Shown here one piece after another: positions 1 to 9,718 of a DNA stretch of 64,000 nt. How positions within the stretch are numbered: position 1 is the first letter of the stretch; the number at the start of each line of letters is the position of its first letter. The stretch covers positions 1 through 64,000 of the IMG/VR virus record IMGVR_UViG_3300050821_003659; one strand, written 5' to 3'. Position numbers and translations under genes: made by a program. The notes beneath the pieces were generated by a model that worked only from the letters and a program-made list of their open reading frames with translations, made no database searches and was not told the origin of the DNA. Source of the stretch: a virus.

Positions 1-719
1 AGAGGTGCCCACGTCTGGTTCACGCTTGTGACAAGGGGGGCAGTCAACTGCACGTGCAACGAGACAGGATACTTCTTGTCCGGTGCGGAGGCGAGTCGGA
101 ACGTCATGTTGCCCGCTGTGTCTTGAACGTGCGGCCCGATAAAGTTCGGACGATTCGCACTCGTCTCAAGAGCGAGGTTGTTCTTCACATCAAGTTCCCA
201 CCACTTCACAGGTGCTCCGGTGGAGTCAATATCCATCACAGAGGCGTGCTCGATGTGGGAGAAGTTCGGTACTGCGACCGTGTAGTCTTGGGTCGTCAGG
301 CATGTGAAGGTGCCGACTGTGTCGCTGCCGTTTGCCAGCCCCGGTACTGCTGCGGTGAACTGTGTTGCGGACGATGTGAGGACGATCAGAAGCAGACCGT
401 TCAGCTTCGTCAATGTCGCCAGCCCGGAACCAACAACAGGAGAGCCGACTGAGAAGTCGTTCGGAACCGTGACGGTAACGACGCCGCTCGTGATGCTCAC
501 GACGGTCGATGCCGCAGATGTCGGAGTCGGATTGCAGGTGAACCCAATCTCCAAATTATTCCACCACCAGTCGAACGGTGGTGCGAGAATCGTTTGGAGA
601 ACCATGTTGGCACTGGTCAACGCAGGTTCGAGAGAGTTCCCGATGACGGGGTTACGCTCGAACGAGAACCGCTTCGACCAGTTGATCGTGTCTTGAATTG
701 TTTTCGTTGTCAGTGCCAT
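1..719 (-). CDS. head-tail adaptor / tail tubular-like virion protein (partial, runs off window start)
   Basis: ATG at 719, MALTTKTIQDTINWSKRF...PPFDWWWN; N-terminus resembles the 1217-2290 protein; lies in the structural operon. Confidence 0.55.
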   Translation of the reverse strand, partial: MALTTKTIQDTINWSKRFSFERNPVIGNSLEPALTSANMVLQTILAPPFDWWWNNLEIGFTCNPTPTSAASTVVSITSGVVTVTVPNDFSVGSPVVGSGLATLTKLNGLLLIVLTSSATQFTAAVPGLANGSDTVGTFTCLTTQDYTVAVPNFSHIEHASVMDIDSTGAPVKWWELDVKNNLALETSANRPNFIGPHVQDTAGNMTFRLASAPDKKYPVSLHVQLTAPLVTSVNQTWAP

Positions 720-725
720 ATAGTC

Positions 726-1115
726 CTATCTTTTCTCGTCTTCCTTCTTGCGGAGAGCGGCGTAGAGTGCCAACCCCCAGACGTACGGAATGAACTCCCC
801 AAGGTCTTGACTCGCGAAGATGAACACATCCCCGACACTGTACTTCACGCTACCGAAGTCGATGACATCGCACAGAACGTAGAAGCGTGAATCCGGCGTC
901 AAAACGCTGTGCGTGGAGTCGGTCAAAATCTCGCCCTGAGATTCCTTGGGATATCCTTCTTTGATAAAATCCTTGACATTGCCCGCGTTGTACAGCACAG
1001 GCATCGAATCGTGGTTGGCGTTGATGGCGATCTGGTTTAGTCCAGCACCCAGAGTCCAGAGGAGGAGGGGTAGTGCAAAAACATACAGCTTGGTCTTGCG
1101 TAAAAACTTCAGCAT
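726..1115 (-). CDS. DUF5317-like membrane protein
   Basis: Two hydrophobic segments with GLNQIAINANHDSMPV ... LCDVI ... SVGDVFI pattern. Confidence 0.65.
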   Translation of the reverse strand: MLKFLRKTKLYVFALPLLLWTLGAGLNQIAINANHDSMPVLYNAGNVKDFIKEGYPKESQGEILTDSTHSVLTPDSRFYVLCDVIDFGSVKYSVGDVFIFASQDLGEFIPYVWGLALYAALRKKEDEKR

Positions 1116-1216
1116 CGGTAGTGACCAACAGAGCATCCGATTTTCGTCGCCTGTACGCAAAATGAGTACGAATGTACGCAAATTGAGTACAGCCCTCTGC
1201 TCGACGCTCAACAAGT

Positions 1217-2290
1217 CTAGCCAGCCCACGGGCCATAAGGCATCGCAGGATTGACGGGGTTGAAGGCCCATCCTGTGTCCATCACGTTCGAACTCGGCAC
1301 GAAGCCGAAGTCGTCTTGCTCTCGGCTTCCCTGTCGCACTGCTGCGTCAAGAGATGCCATCCAAATTTTGTACTCGTCGTTGAACTTCAGTCGCACCTTT
1401 GGATCAGGCGACCGACGATAGCACTGAGCAAAAAACCCGTTCTGAATGTACGTGAAGTAGTCATCAGGAATCGGTTCGAGAAACTGGCTCAGCTTCGAGA
1501 ACTTGAGCGGCTTCATCTGTCCGATGGGAGCGATCTGCCACACGGGGCCAGTCTGGGTTGGCATCGGGTTGATGCGGAAACCCTGACCTTGTGGGTTGAT
1601 GGCTGTCCATACGACGCTGCCGTCAGTGACCGTCTGAGCCGTCTGCGTTGGCTTCGAGACTGTCGGGTAAAGATTGTTGGGGTTCTGATTCGTTGTGAAC
1701 GGGTTGGTGTTACCGCACGTTCCATACGTTGTGAGCACCCAGAGATTGCCGAAGCTGTCACGCACCTGCGTGATCGGATTCGCGGGCATCGAGATCGCAC
1801 CTGTCGGATCGGTGTACACGACGCCGGGGCCGGGGTTCACAAGACCCGTCAGACTCAGTTGAGTCGATTGTCCCCACGTGCCATAGGTGAGCGTCTCGTT
1901 CGAAAGTGTCTCGATCTTGGCGAGGTTGCCCGTTTGAGCGTTCGTGAGCAGCACGTCTCGTTTCACTTCAACGACACGGAAGGGCTTCGGACTCTGCGAA
2001 GACGAGGTGTTGTACGCCCCGCAACTCTCAAGCCAGCCAAGCGTGAGATAGTTCGCAGCGTAATCCTGCTGCCATGAGTTGATGAAAAACGGTGTGATGT
2101 TGATGCGGTTGAACTTCCAGTTGAACGGAGAACCGTGGGAACTGCCCGCCAGCATCGCTGTCATCGCGTCGTTGATCGCTGAGGTAGCAACGATCTCATA
2201 CGATCCACCTGTCGGCAGAGTCGGGGCGAGATCGCCCAGCCCGCGTGCGATGTCAACGAGGTTTTGTAGAGTGTAGCTTGAGTTACCCAT
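1217..2290 (-). CDS. head-tail adaptor / tail tubular A-like virion protein
   Basis: 357 aa, TLQNLVD...AINDA...PFNWKFNR N-terminus, downstream of capsid genes. Confidence 0.55.
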   Translation of the reverse strand: MGNSSYTLQNLVDIARGLGDLAPTLPTGGSYEIVATSAINDAMTAMLAGSSHGSPFNWKFNRINITPFFINSWQQDYAANYLTLGWLESCGAYNTSSSQSPKPFRVVEVKRDVLLTNAQTGNLAKIETLSNETLTYGTWGQSTQLSLTGLVNPGPGVVYTDPTGAISMPANPITQVRDSFGNLWVLTTYGTCGNTNPFTTNQNPNNLYPTVSKPTQTAQTVTDGSVVWTAINPQGQGFRINPMPTQTGPVWQIAPIGQMKPLKFSKLSQFLEPIPDDYFTYIQNGFFAQCYRRSPDPKVRLKFNDEYKIWMASLDAAVRQGSREQDDFGFVPSSNVMDTGWAFNPVNPAMPYGPWAG

Positions 2291-2348
2291 TATGTCTCCC
2301 TATGCAAAAAGAGTGGGCGGATCAGCATTGAACTGTCCGCCCATTTTG

Positions 2349-3035
2349 TTACCGCAAAGTTGTTGAGGCAAGCCCTTCCCGGTACTTGTCTGCTGCATCG
2401 ACCATCTTGCCAGATTCCACGTCGAACGTGGAGAATCGGCACTGCACGGAACCCGACATCGAGTTGTTGGTTTCGAACATCGTCGCACGAAGATACTGAT
2501 CGCGTGCTTGTTCGAACTTCGCTCGGTCGAAAGTACCGTCCTGCGGGGCTACGCGTTTGCCCGCCTTGTCGAAGAAGAAGTTGATCTCGACCGGAGGTGC
2601 CCACGTGTTGCCGCAGCGGAGGCAGCGAACCCAGATGTCGCCGTTAATCATCTGATGTTTCATGACGGCGTACTGGATGTTGTTACCGCCAGTGGTCAGC
2701 ACTCGCATGTCACGAGGAGTGACGATTCCGCCCTTTTTGTGAGTGCAGATGCGATACCGATACGCGTCCGTCGCGTCTTGCTGTGCGAAGGTGCGGCCTT
2801 GCTGTGCACGGTCTTCCTGAATCTGCTTCTCTTGGATGTCGCGATCAGCGAGACGTGCCTTCAGGTCTTTAATGTGATATTCGCGTTCCTGCTTTTCGAG
2901 CAGCTTCGCTTCGAGTTCGGCTTTCTTCAATTCGAGGGCGAGGACTCGCTCCTGCAACTCGATTGCTTTGATTTGTTCATCCACGCTCGGGGCGGGGATC
3001 ACTGGGACTGTGGCGTTCGTATTTCCTGTGGTCAT
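2349..3035 (-). CDS. hypothetical protein, coiled coil plus Cys/His cluster
   Basis: 228 aa, AGGAG RBS; CTH...H...CLRC. Confidence 0.7.
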   Translation of the reverse strand: MTTGNTNATVPVIPAPSVDEQIKAIELQERVLALELKKAELEAKLLEKQEREYHIKDLKARLADRDIQEKQIQEDRAQQGRTFAQQDATDAYRYRICTHKKGGIVTPRDMRVLTTGGNNIQYAVMKHQMINGDIWVRCLRCGNTWAPPVEINFFFDKAGKRVAPQDGTFDRAKFEQARDQYLRATMFETNNSMSGSVQCRFSTFDVESGKMVDAADKYREGLASTTLR

Positions 3036-3043
3036 GACTCCTC

Positions 3044-3748
3044 CTAATCATCTAATCTTCCGCCTTGGTTGCGAAAGGTCTGCAACGTGGCGTTGTATCT
3101 GTGGAATGCCTCTGTCGTGGCGGGCTTTCCGAAAATCTCATCAGCTTTCTTCTCATCGATGACACTCTTGAGAATCAACTGAAGTAGGCACGTCCGCCAG
3201 CCGCGATACTTCTCGGTGGTGGGCACGCCGTGTTCATCAAATCGCATGACGGTCAGTTCTGGCATGAAGCCAATCTGAACCCAGCATCCGACTTCAGCGG
3301 GCAGATCGCCACGCTGTACAACGAGAGTGACCTTCCCCGGCTGAGGGTGTGTGCGATACCAGCACTTCACTCCTGCTCGTTGAAGATATGTGATGAACGT
3401 TGAACTGTGCATCACCCGTCCGATGCGTGCTCCCGCGTCGGCGTACTCATCTGGTGTTACGAACTGATACTCTTGAGCGGTCTTGTCGTTGAACTCTTTG
3501 CGTTCTGCCAGAGCGTCCAACGCCTCGCTAGACGGCTTCGCGTCACTCACCCGCCCCGCGTACTCTGCGATGGCTTCGAGCAGGGCAGGGTCGTCCTGTC
3601 CTAAGTCTTCCGCGTAAGTCTCCCAAGGTGCGGCGTTGTTCAGCCGCGTACCCTGATGCTTCTTAATTTCTTCTTCGGTCAGCGTGTTAGCGACTGGCGT
3701 TGGTGCCGCCGCTTCCCAACGATCAAAATATTCTTGGTTGGTGGTCAA
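3044..3748 (-). CDS. hypothetical protein
   Basis: 234 aa, TTG start with AGGAGGAG RBS. Confidence 0.7.
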   Translation of the reverse strand: MTTNQEYFDRWEAAAPTPVANTLTEEEIKKHQGTRLNNAAPWETYAEDLGQDDPALLEAIAEYAGRVSDAKPSSEALDALAERKEFNDKTAQEYQFVTPDEYADAGARIGRVMHSSTFITYLQRAGVKCWYRTHPQPGKVTLVVQRGDLPAEVGCWVQIGFMPELTVMRFDEHGVPTTEKYRGWRTCLLQLILKSVIDEKKADEIFGKPATTEAFHRYNATLQTFRNQGGRLDD

Positions 3749-3863
3749 GGCTCCTCCTAATTGTAGGCTTCATCTACTAAGAGAAGCCTCTGCACCTTCA
3801 GTGCGTGGTAATCAGAACTTGCTGCGAGGATCAGTCACAGTAGACTCTGACGCATAGCAACCG

Positions 3864-4163
3864 CTAGCTAGACGATTGATCCGCCTGTGCTCCCGCCTCG
3901 GGTAATCCACCTTCCGCGTTCGCCTCTTCGACCACTGCATCAAACTGACCGGGGGCGTCAAATTGCCCCGAACAAAACTGCTTGAACAGATCGTCGTTGG
4001 TCTTTGCCAACTCAACCTGACGTTGTAAGCTACTGTTCGACTGGCGAATGGCTCTGTTCACATTCCGCAACAGCCGATTGCTGTCTCGAAGCCGCGTCAA
4101 CTCATCTTGCAGGATGTTGTTGGCCTCAAGCAAACTTTCGATGGTAAATGTCTCCTCCGACAT
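3864..4163 (-). CDS. hypothetical coiled-coil protein
   Basis: 99 aa, AGGAGGAG RBS. Confidence 0.65.
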   Translation of the reverse strand: MSEETFTIESLLEANNILQDELTRLRDSNRLLRNVNRAIRQSNSSLQRQVELAKTNDDLFKQFCSGQFDAPGQFDAVVEEANAEGGLPEAGAQADQSSS

Positions 4164-4233
4164 TGCTCCTCCTAGATTATGTGGAGCGTGCCGCCACTTT
4201 TCTAAGGCAGCGGCACATTCTCCAGAACTTCAG

Positions 4234-4719
4234 TTACGGGATGACCGTAACGTCCAGACAAGCGTAGATACGCTCAGCGGGACTTGCCTCGGTGTTGTCG
4301 AACGTCGGGAAAGCAACGTTCAGTCGGGCGTGACCAACTGCCAGAGCAGTCAGGACGAAACTTCCGCCTGTTGCGGACGGTGTCACTGCACCGTTCGAAG
4401 CAACGCTCGGATCGTATCCGGCGAAGTTGCTCGGCTTATACCACGCGGGCGACCCTGCTGCGGGGTCGTTATAGTTGTTCACTAGAACGGCTCCCTGCAC
4501 GTCGTAAATCCCGCCATTAACGTCCACGACGGCTGCTGTGATCGTGACAGCCGAGTTCCAACCGGACACTGCACTCTTCGAGAGAGTGATCGCGTACTCA
4601 CGTCCTGCGACAACGGTGCTGATGGCTGACCCACCCTGACCGTCAGATGTCAAATTGATCTTCGCTGCTACGCCCAGACCATCGGTCGGGTTGTGCTGCG
4701 GTACTGGATTTCCACTCAT
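4234..4719 (-). CDS. putative capsid decoration / Ig-like virion protein
   Basis: Beta-rich, small-residue-rich protein directly after the major capsid gene. Confidence 0.45.
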   Translation of the reverse strand: MSGNPVPQHNPTDGLGVAAKINLTSDGQGGSAISTVVAGREYAITLSKSAVSGWNSAVTITAAVVDVNGGIYDVQGAVLVNNYNDPAAGSPAWYKPSNFAGYDPSVASNGAVTPSATGGSFVLTALAVGHARLNVAFPTFDNTEASPAERIYACLDVTVIP

Positions 4720-4850
4720 GATGTTCTTCCTATCTAACACGCAGCACTTACCTGCGTGCAGTGGCTAAAAAATTAAGGGGTACTAATCCCGGTGTTTGTA
4801 TCATCGCTTACGCGAGTACCAACTTGCTCCGAGATGTTCCCCCTGAATGT

Positions 4851-5882
4851 TTAGCTGATCGCGGATGCGGCGTCGATCTGACGCATACGGATCGTGGTAT
4901 CCGGGCCGAGCGACGTGGTGAAGTGCACACGGTAGCTCGTCCATCCGGGGATCAACCCTTCAGGATCGGCAACAGTCGGCTCTGCGTTCTGCACGATGTT
5001 GCACTTGATGTTACGCCAGTCGCCATCACCGTAGGTGGTGTCGTTCTGTGCACCGAGATTGATAGCGAAGATACCGTCGCGACCAAAGATGTAGGTGCGG
5101 AGTGCCGACAGACCAGTCACGCCCTTGTAGTTCGAGGTTTTCGTGACGAGGTTCGTCTGGAAGAAGTGAACGCCCGTGGAAGGCAGTTCGATCACTTCAG
5201 TCAAGTCCACGCTGACCAGTTCGTCCATCCGAGCCTGACCCACAGGGGTGTGCTTCAAGATGTCGATGGGGCTGTCGTTGCTGTTGTCAGCCAGCACGTC
5301 GCCAAGGGCGAACGGATGGATGACGCCAACGAATGCCTTGCTTGCTTCGTCAAACGGACGCACTGCACGACCCGCCAGCGACTGAACGCTGTTACGAATC
5401 TGAGACAGAGACAGAGCCGTGAAAGACGAGGTGCTGGTCGCAGCAAGCTGCGTCAACACGCTGGAGTCGATGCTGTTCGCACCGTCCGCAGTTGCACGGA
5501 CGAGGGCAGACAGAGACTCGCCAAGACGATACGACATTTCCTTCGCAACGTTCTCGACGGTGCTGTCGATGGCGGTTGCCAGAGACAGAGACGAGAAGTT
5601 CGCGTAGTCGGCGTACTCACCGATTGTGGCGGTGGTTGTCAGAACGCTCACAGACAAGCTGGAACCAACGGTTCCTTCGGTTGTCTGGTTGGTGTTCGCA
5701 GCCAGTGGAACGTACATGAACATCTCGTACTGGTTTCCACTCTTCATGGGCAGGTCAAGACGCTCTGCACATGCGACGAACGGGGTCTGTGCCTTCAGGT
5801 TCTCACGGAACCGTTTATCGTAGTACTTCACCGTGGACTGGGGCAGGTTTGAAAGCTGGTTGCCGCTAGGAGAAAAACTCAT
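4851..5882 (-). CDS. major capsid protein (N4-gp56-like, HK97 fold)
   Basis: 343 aa after scaffold; YYDKRF, LPMKSG, TEG, EYADY, ADP..GW motifs typical of N4-gp56-family capsids. Confidence 0.85.
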   Translation of the reverse strand: MSFSPSGNQLSNLPQSTVKYYDKRFRENLKAQTPFVACAERLDLPMKSGNQYEMFMYVPLAANTNQTTEGTVGSSLSVSVLTTTATIGEYADYANFSSLSLATAIDSTVENVAKEMSYRLGESLSALVRATADGANSIDSSVLTQLAATSTSSFTALSLSQIRNSVQSLAGRAVRPFDEASKAFVGVIHPFALGDVLADNSNDSPIDILKHTPVGQARMDELVSVDLTEVIELPSTGVHFFQTNLVTKTSNYKGVTGLSALRTYIFGRDGIFAINLGAQNDTTYGDGDWRNIKCNIVQNAEPTVADPEGLIPGWTSYRVHFTTSLGPDTTIRMRQIDAASAIS

Positions 5883-5898
5883 TTGCTTTTACCTTATT

Positions 5899-7149
5899 TT
5901 AGACTTGACCAGCACGCTGCCGACGTTTGGCAATCGCTTCGTTTTCGAGGCGGTTGACCAGTTCCTTGAAGGCGGGATTCTTTGCCGCTTTCTTGTACTC
6001 GTCCGCAGACATCTTGTCAATGTCAGCAAGAGTCACAGAATTGGCCGTCACGGGGGATACCCCGCTGGCTGAAGACACTCGGTCGTTCAAGCCTGACGGT
6101 ACTGGACTATGTCGCTTTGGTTGCACTGGTTCGGCGGGAGCAATCCGGCTCTCGGGCACCACAGGCTCCTGCGTTTTGGGAGCCACTGATTCCACGGGCA
6201 CTACAGCTTGGGGCTGCGGCACGGGCACCTGTTGCACAACAGGTGCTTCACTCAGCAATCCGGCTGAGCGAAGGTGCGAACATGCTAATTCGTAATTATC
6301 GACGGTTGGTGCTAGCTTGTTCTTGAACATCCAATCCGTCAGAGTCTGTGTGTTCTCGGTGTCTGTTGCCAGATCACCTGTAGCAAACTCATGCTGCTGT
6401 GTGAAGGTGATGAAATTTTCCTTCGCACGAAGTTGCAGAATGGTCATCTGCTGGTCGTTCAATCGATCCCGCAACACAGCGGGCGATACGCCGACAGCCG
6501 ACTCAAGCAGACGATCACGGGCAGAAGCGAACTTCTCCGGGTCGTTCAAGTCTTGCGTCAACTGAAACCGCTCATCAGCGGTCAACGGCTTCTCTTTGTA
6601 CTCGACCACGTCTTCGAAGCGTGCTGCTTCGCTCGGGATATTTTCCTTGGAGGTTCCAAGGCGATTCTCCCGAGTGACCTGTCGAAGTTTCCGAACGAGC
6701 AACACGTTCTGCTCGGTCAGCTTCTTCGCCAACTCATCCGGCGTGCGGTACTTGATAACTTGCTTGCCGCCGAGGGGACGGTTGTGTTCGTCCATCGGCT
6801 GGTATTCGTACACCAACTCCGGGGCTTCCGCAACTGGTGCGGGGGCAACCGGGGCGGGTGCGACGGGTGCGACAGGGGCAGGTGCCACGGGAGCGGGTGC
6901 TCCTGCGGGACGCTCTGCTCGGTCGCGAACCGACGTGCTCTGCGGAAGACCGTTGGTGGTCTTGCGGTCGGGCATCGACGGATCGATCTCTTCACCCTGC
7001 GGTGCTGCTCCGGGTGCGGCGACTGTCGCCGGGGCACTCGGCCCTTTGAAAAGCTGTTCAACTTCCGCGATGAACGCGGGGTCATTCTGCAACCGTTGCT
7101 TGTACTCCGCAGACGGCATGTTGTCGATATCTGCTAATGTCAGTGCCAT
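5899..7149 (-). CDS. capsid scaffolding protein
   Basis: Between portal and capsid genes; Pro/Ala linkers, helical core, C-terminal IDKMSADEY motif. Confidence 0.7.
   Translation of the reverse strand: MALTLADIDNMPSAEYKQRLQNDPAFIAEVEQLFKGPSAPATVAAPGAAPQGEEIDPSMPDRKTTNGLPQSTSVRDRAERPAGAPAPVAPAPVAPVAPAPVAPAPVAEAPELVYEYQPMDEHNRPLGGKQVIKYRTPDELAKKLTEQNVLLVRKLRQVTRENRLGTSKENIPSEAARFEDVVEYKEKPLTADERFQLTQDLNDPEKFASARDRLLESAVGVSPAVLRDRLNDQQMTILQLRAKENFITFTQQHEFATGDLATDTENTQTLTDWMFKNKLAPTVDNYELACSHLRSAGLLSEAPVVQQVPVPQPQAVVPVESVAPKTQEPVVPESRIAPAEPVQPKRHSPVPSGLNDRVSSASGVSPVTANSVTLADIDKMSADEYKKAAKNPAFKELVNRLENEAIAKRRQRAGQV
6830..6906 (-). repeat. APV/APAPV coding tandem repeat in scaffold
   Basis: Translates to GAPAPVAPAPVAPVAPAPVAPAPVAE. 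Confidence 0.8.
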
Positions 7150-7159
7150 AATCTTCCTC

Positions 7160-7510
7160 CTAGATTTGTGGTGCGTCGAACTCGTTCGGGTACAGCGGGA
7201 CTTCAGGGTTCTCAGGGGTTCCGACTCCTGAGTTGTTGTAGGCTTCGATAGCCGTCAGTTCCGCGATGCGTTGCATCACGCCCGAGTAAAACATCGAAGC
7301 ATACTTCACCATGCGGTGTGCTTCGAGTACGGTCTTCTCGTCGTCCGAGTTGACCAGCTTGACGTTCATCAAGCGAATCTCTTCCTCCATCAACTTCTGA
7401 AGGATGTCAAACCATTCCTGCTTGACCGCCGCCATCATGATTCCAAGAGAGCGGTCGTCCAGCGTGAAGGTCGGTTTGAAAACATTGGTTCCGTCAGTGG
7501 GCTTAATCAT
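7160..7510 (-). CDS. small helical protein between portal and scaffold
   Basis: 116 aa, GGAGGAG RBS; position is conserved in many podovirus-like phages. Confidence 0.7.
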   Translation of the reverse strand: MIKPTDGTNVFKPTFTLDDRSLGIMMAAVKQEWFDILQKLMEEEIRLMNVKLVNSDDEKTVLEAHRMVKYASMFYSGVMQRIAELTAIEAYNNSGVGTPENPEVPLYPNEFDAPQI

Positions 7511-7577
7511 TTTCTCCTCCGAAAATGGTGGAGCGATGACCAGTGAAAATCATCGCCCCGTTTCACTGTTACGCAGC

Positions 7578-9707
7578 TTATACGACGGTCGGAAGCGTGC
7601 CCTGTAGACCGCCAGTACTCGGAACGCCTTCAACGGCTTCACTCAGTCCGCTGGCTTTCGCCGCCTCGCGAGTGATGTCGCGTTTGATCCGGTTGTCGCT
7701 GGCTTGATCTTCCAGTTGCTGCTTCTGTGCGAACTTCTGCTGCTCACCTTGCTGCTTGGCGGCGATCTGCTGTTGCATCATCGCGGCCTTAGAGTTCGCA
7801 TCGCGTTTCTGTTTCATGGCATCAGTCATTGGCTTGATGATGTCGTTCTTGTTCTTCCACTCCGAGGCTTCGAGCCACATGCCGATGATCGGCTTGAAGT
7901 CGATGTACTCCTCGTTGATGTCAGCCAGTGACTGCTGAATCTGTGGATTGTCGAGAATCTGGGTCAGCATGACCATCGACTGGGCCATCGTTCGCTTTGC
8001 AGCGAGAGACGATCCAGCGAGAACCTCATACTCGATCTGAGCGTTGTGGAACTCGTCCAGTTTGAAGTCCTGAAGGAAGTCGTCACCCTGCTCTTTGCCG
8101 AGGATGTGGTAGATCGCGGCGTCTGACATGATATTGAACACCATCATGTCGATGACACCGAGGAACGGTTTGAAGACCTGCTCGATGAAGTTGTCCAGAG
8201 GGCCATCGAGACGAGTTGCACTTGCACCCGCGAGGATGTTCGCACCACCAGCCGTGCGACCCATTGAGGATCGCGGCCCAGCAGACGAGCCTTGCACCAA
8301 CATCTGATCTGCACCAGACGAGGACTCGGTCGCTTGCTCAGACTCTTTCAGAGCCGCCCAAATGTCGGCGGGCATCTTCGGAGTTTCCAGCAACTTGTAA
8401 GACTTCTCGACATCCGTCACCGACATGATCTTGCCAAGTCCGGTGCGGATCGTCTGCGTAGGAGCGTTGTCGTCTCGGTTACGCAGGTAAATCGGGTTGA
8501 CGCCGTAAGACAAAATCTTCAGGATGGCGTTGATGGTTCCCTGATCGACGCGTTGGTTCTGACCAACGATGAGTCCAAGACCCATGCCGTAGAACGCACG
8601 CGGACGGTTCCACCAGTTTGCCGAGAGGAACGGGATTCGTTTGAACTCGTTCTTGCCCGAGTAGATAACCTTGTCTTGGTTAAGAACCATGATCTTCTGG
8701 CCCTTGTCCCAATACTCAAGAACTTCCAGCTTCGTCCGTAGAGGATCGGGGCTGGACTTCACGTTATTCTTCTCGGCGTGATGAACACCACCGTCGATGT
8801 AAGTGGCTTGCTCTGTCTCCAGAGTTTGTGCCTTCGGCGGATTGTCCCACACGGATTTGAGTGCGGACGCTGCGGGGATTTTCCATCCCTTCAGGGCCTC
8901 ACTTGAATCTCCGTCTGCTCGTGCCTGTTCGATTGCTTTTCGCAGGTCTTCGAGTTGATACCAGTCCATGTATCGGACATCGACCACCCAACCTGCCTGT
9001 CGAATGTCGCTCACCGCGAGTTGCGGATCGACCAGCACCTTGTCCAGCGGACGCCACTCGAAGAACGGAATCGGCAGAGTCTTGCTTGTCTCTGTGATGT
9101 CCGGTGGTGCGTCTGTCGGAAGGAAGGTCGTATCTGCTACCGTGGCGGGATCGCCGTTTGCGATCTTCGCGACTGTCGCCTTACGTTTGCGGGTCGTGAT
9201 CTCTTGCCAATCATAACCCCACTTGAAAATGCTTGTGCCCAGATGTGCCATCTGCTCAAGGCCCCACTTAGTCTGGGTTTTGAACTGGCATTGATCTAGG
9301 ATGAAAGAGAAGATCGCGGTCTTCGCGTCTACCACTTTCTGGCTCGTGCCGGGGCGGGGCCGCATCAACATCGGAGGATCGTCGTAAAACAATCCCTTGT
9401 AGAGTTGCGGTACGACCGCGTTGCAGACCTTGGCGACAGTGAAACGCTGCACGTTCGGTTCAAGAACGTACGTGTTCTCGTACACTGTCATTGGGCGAGG
9501 CGATTGGTACAGAAGGTCTGCGTCTCGCCACAGTAATGTCCACTGGCGGTTGGCAATGAATGCCTTCGCCATCGCTGCTGACTGCACCACGAGGGCAAGT
9601 TCCTTATCGACAGGAAGTTCGCCTTGAAGGTTGAAGTCAGATGCTTGCAACGTTGCGTTCGGGTTCCCATCAGGAACGATACCAACACTGTCTACGATTT
9701 CTGCCAT
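7578..9707 (-). CDS. portal protein (P22-like, long)
   Basis: 709 aa after terminase; VLEYW, FYGMG motifs, Gln-rich C-terminal coiled coil. Confidence 0.85.
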   Translation of the reverse strand: MAEIVDSVGIVPDGNPNATLQASDFNLQGELPVDKELALVVQSAAMAKAFIANRQWTLLWRDADLLYQSPRPMTVYENTYVLEPNVQRFTVAKVCNAVVPQLYKGLFYDDPPMLMRPRPGTSQKVVDAKTAIFSFILDQCQFKTQTKWGLEQMAHLGTSIFKWGYDWQEITTRKRKATVAKIANGDPATVADTTFLPTDAPPDITETSKTLPIPFFEWRPLDKVLVDPQLAVSDIRQAGWVVDVRYMDWYQLEDLRKAIEQARADGDSSEALKGWKIPAASALKSVWDNPPKAQTLETEQATYIDGGVHHAEKNNVKSSPDPLRTKLEVLEYWDKGQKIMVLNQDKVIYSGKNEFKRIPFLSANWWNRPRAFYGMGLGLIVGQNQRVDQGTINAILKILSYGVNPIYLRNRDDNAPTQTIRTGLGKIMSVTDVEKSYKLLETPKMPADIWAALKESEQATESSSGADQMLVQGSSAGPRSSMGRTAGGANILAGASATRLDGPLDNFIEQVFKPFLGVIDMMVFNIMSDAAIYHILGKEQGDDFLQDFKLDEFHNAQIEYEVLAGSSLAAKRTMAQSMVMLTQILDNPQIQQSLADINEEYIDFKPIIGMWLEASEWKNKNDIIKPMTDAMKQKRDANSKAAMMQQQIAAKQQGEQQKFAQKQQLEDQASDNRIKRDITREAAKASGLSEAVEGVPSTGGLQGTLPTVV

Positions 9708-9718
9708 ATCGTCCCTTT

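Noticed and set aside
4761-5852. 363-aa plus-strand ORF opposite the capsid gene (similarly 21810-22943, 23214-24230, 46668-47729, 49406-50455)
   Set aside because: Antisense shadow ORFs of well-supported genes in GC-rich DNA; no RBS or recognisable motifs.
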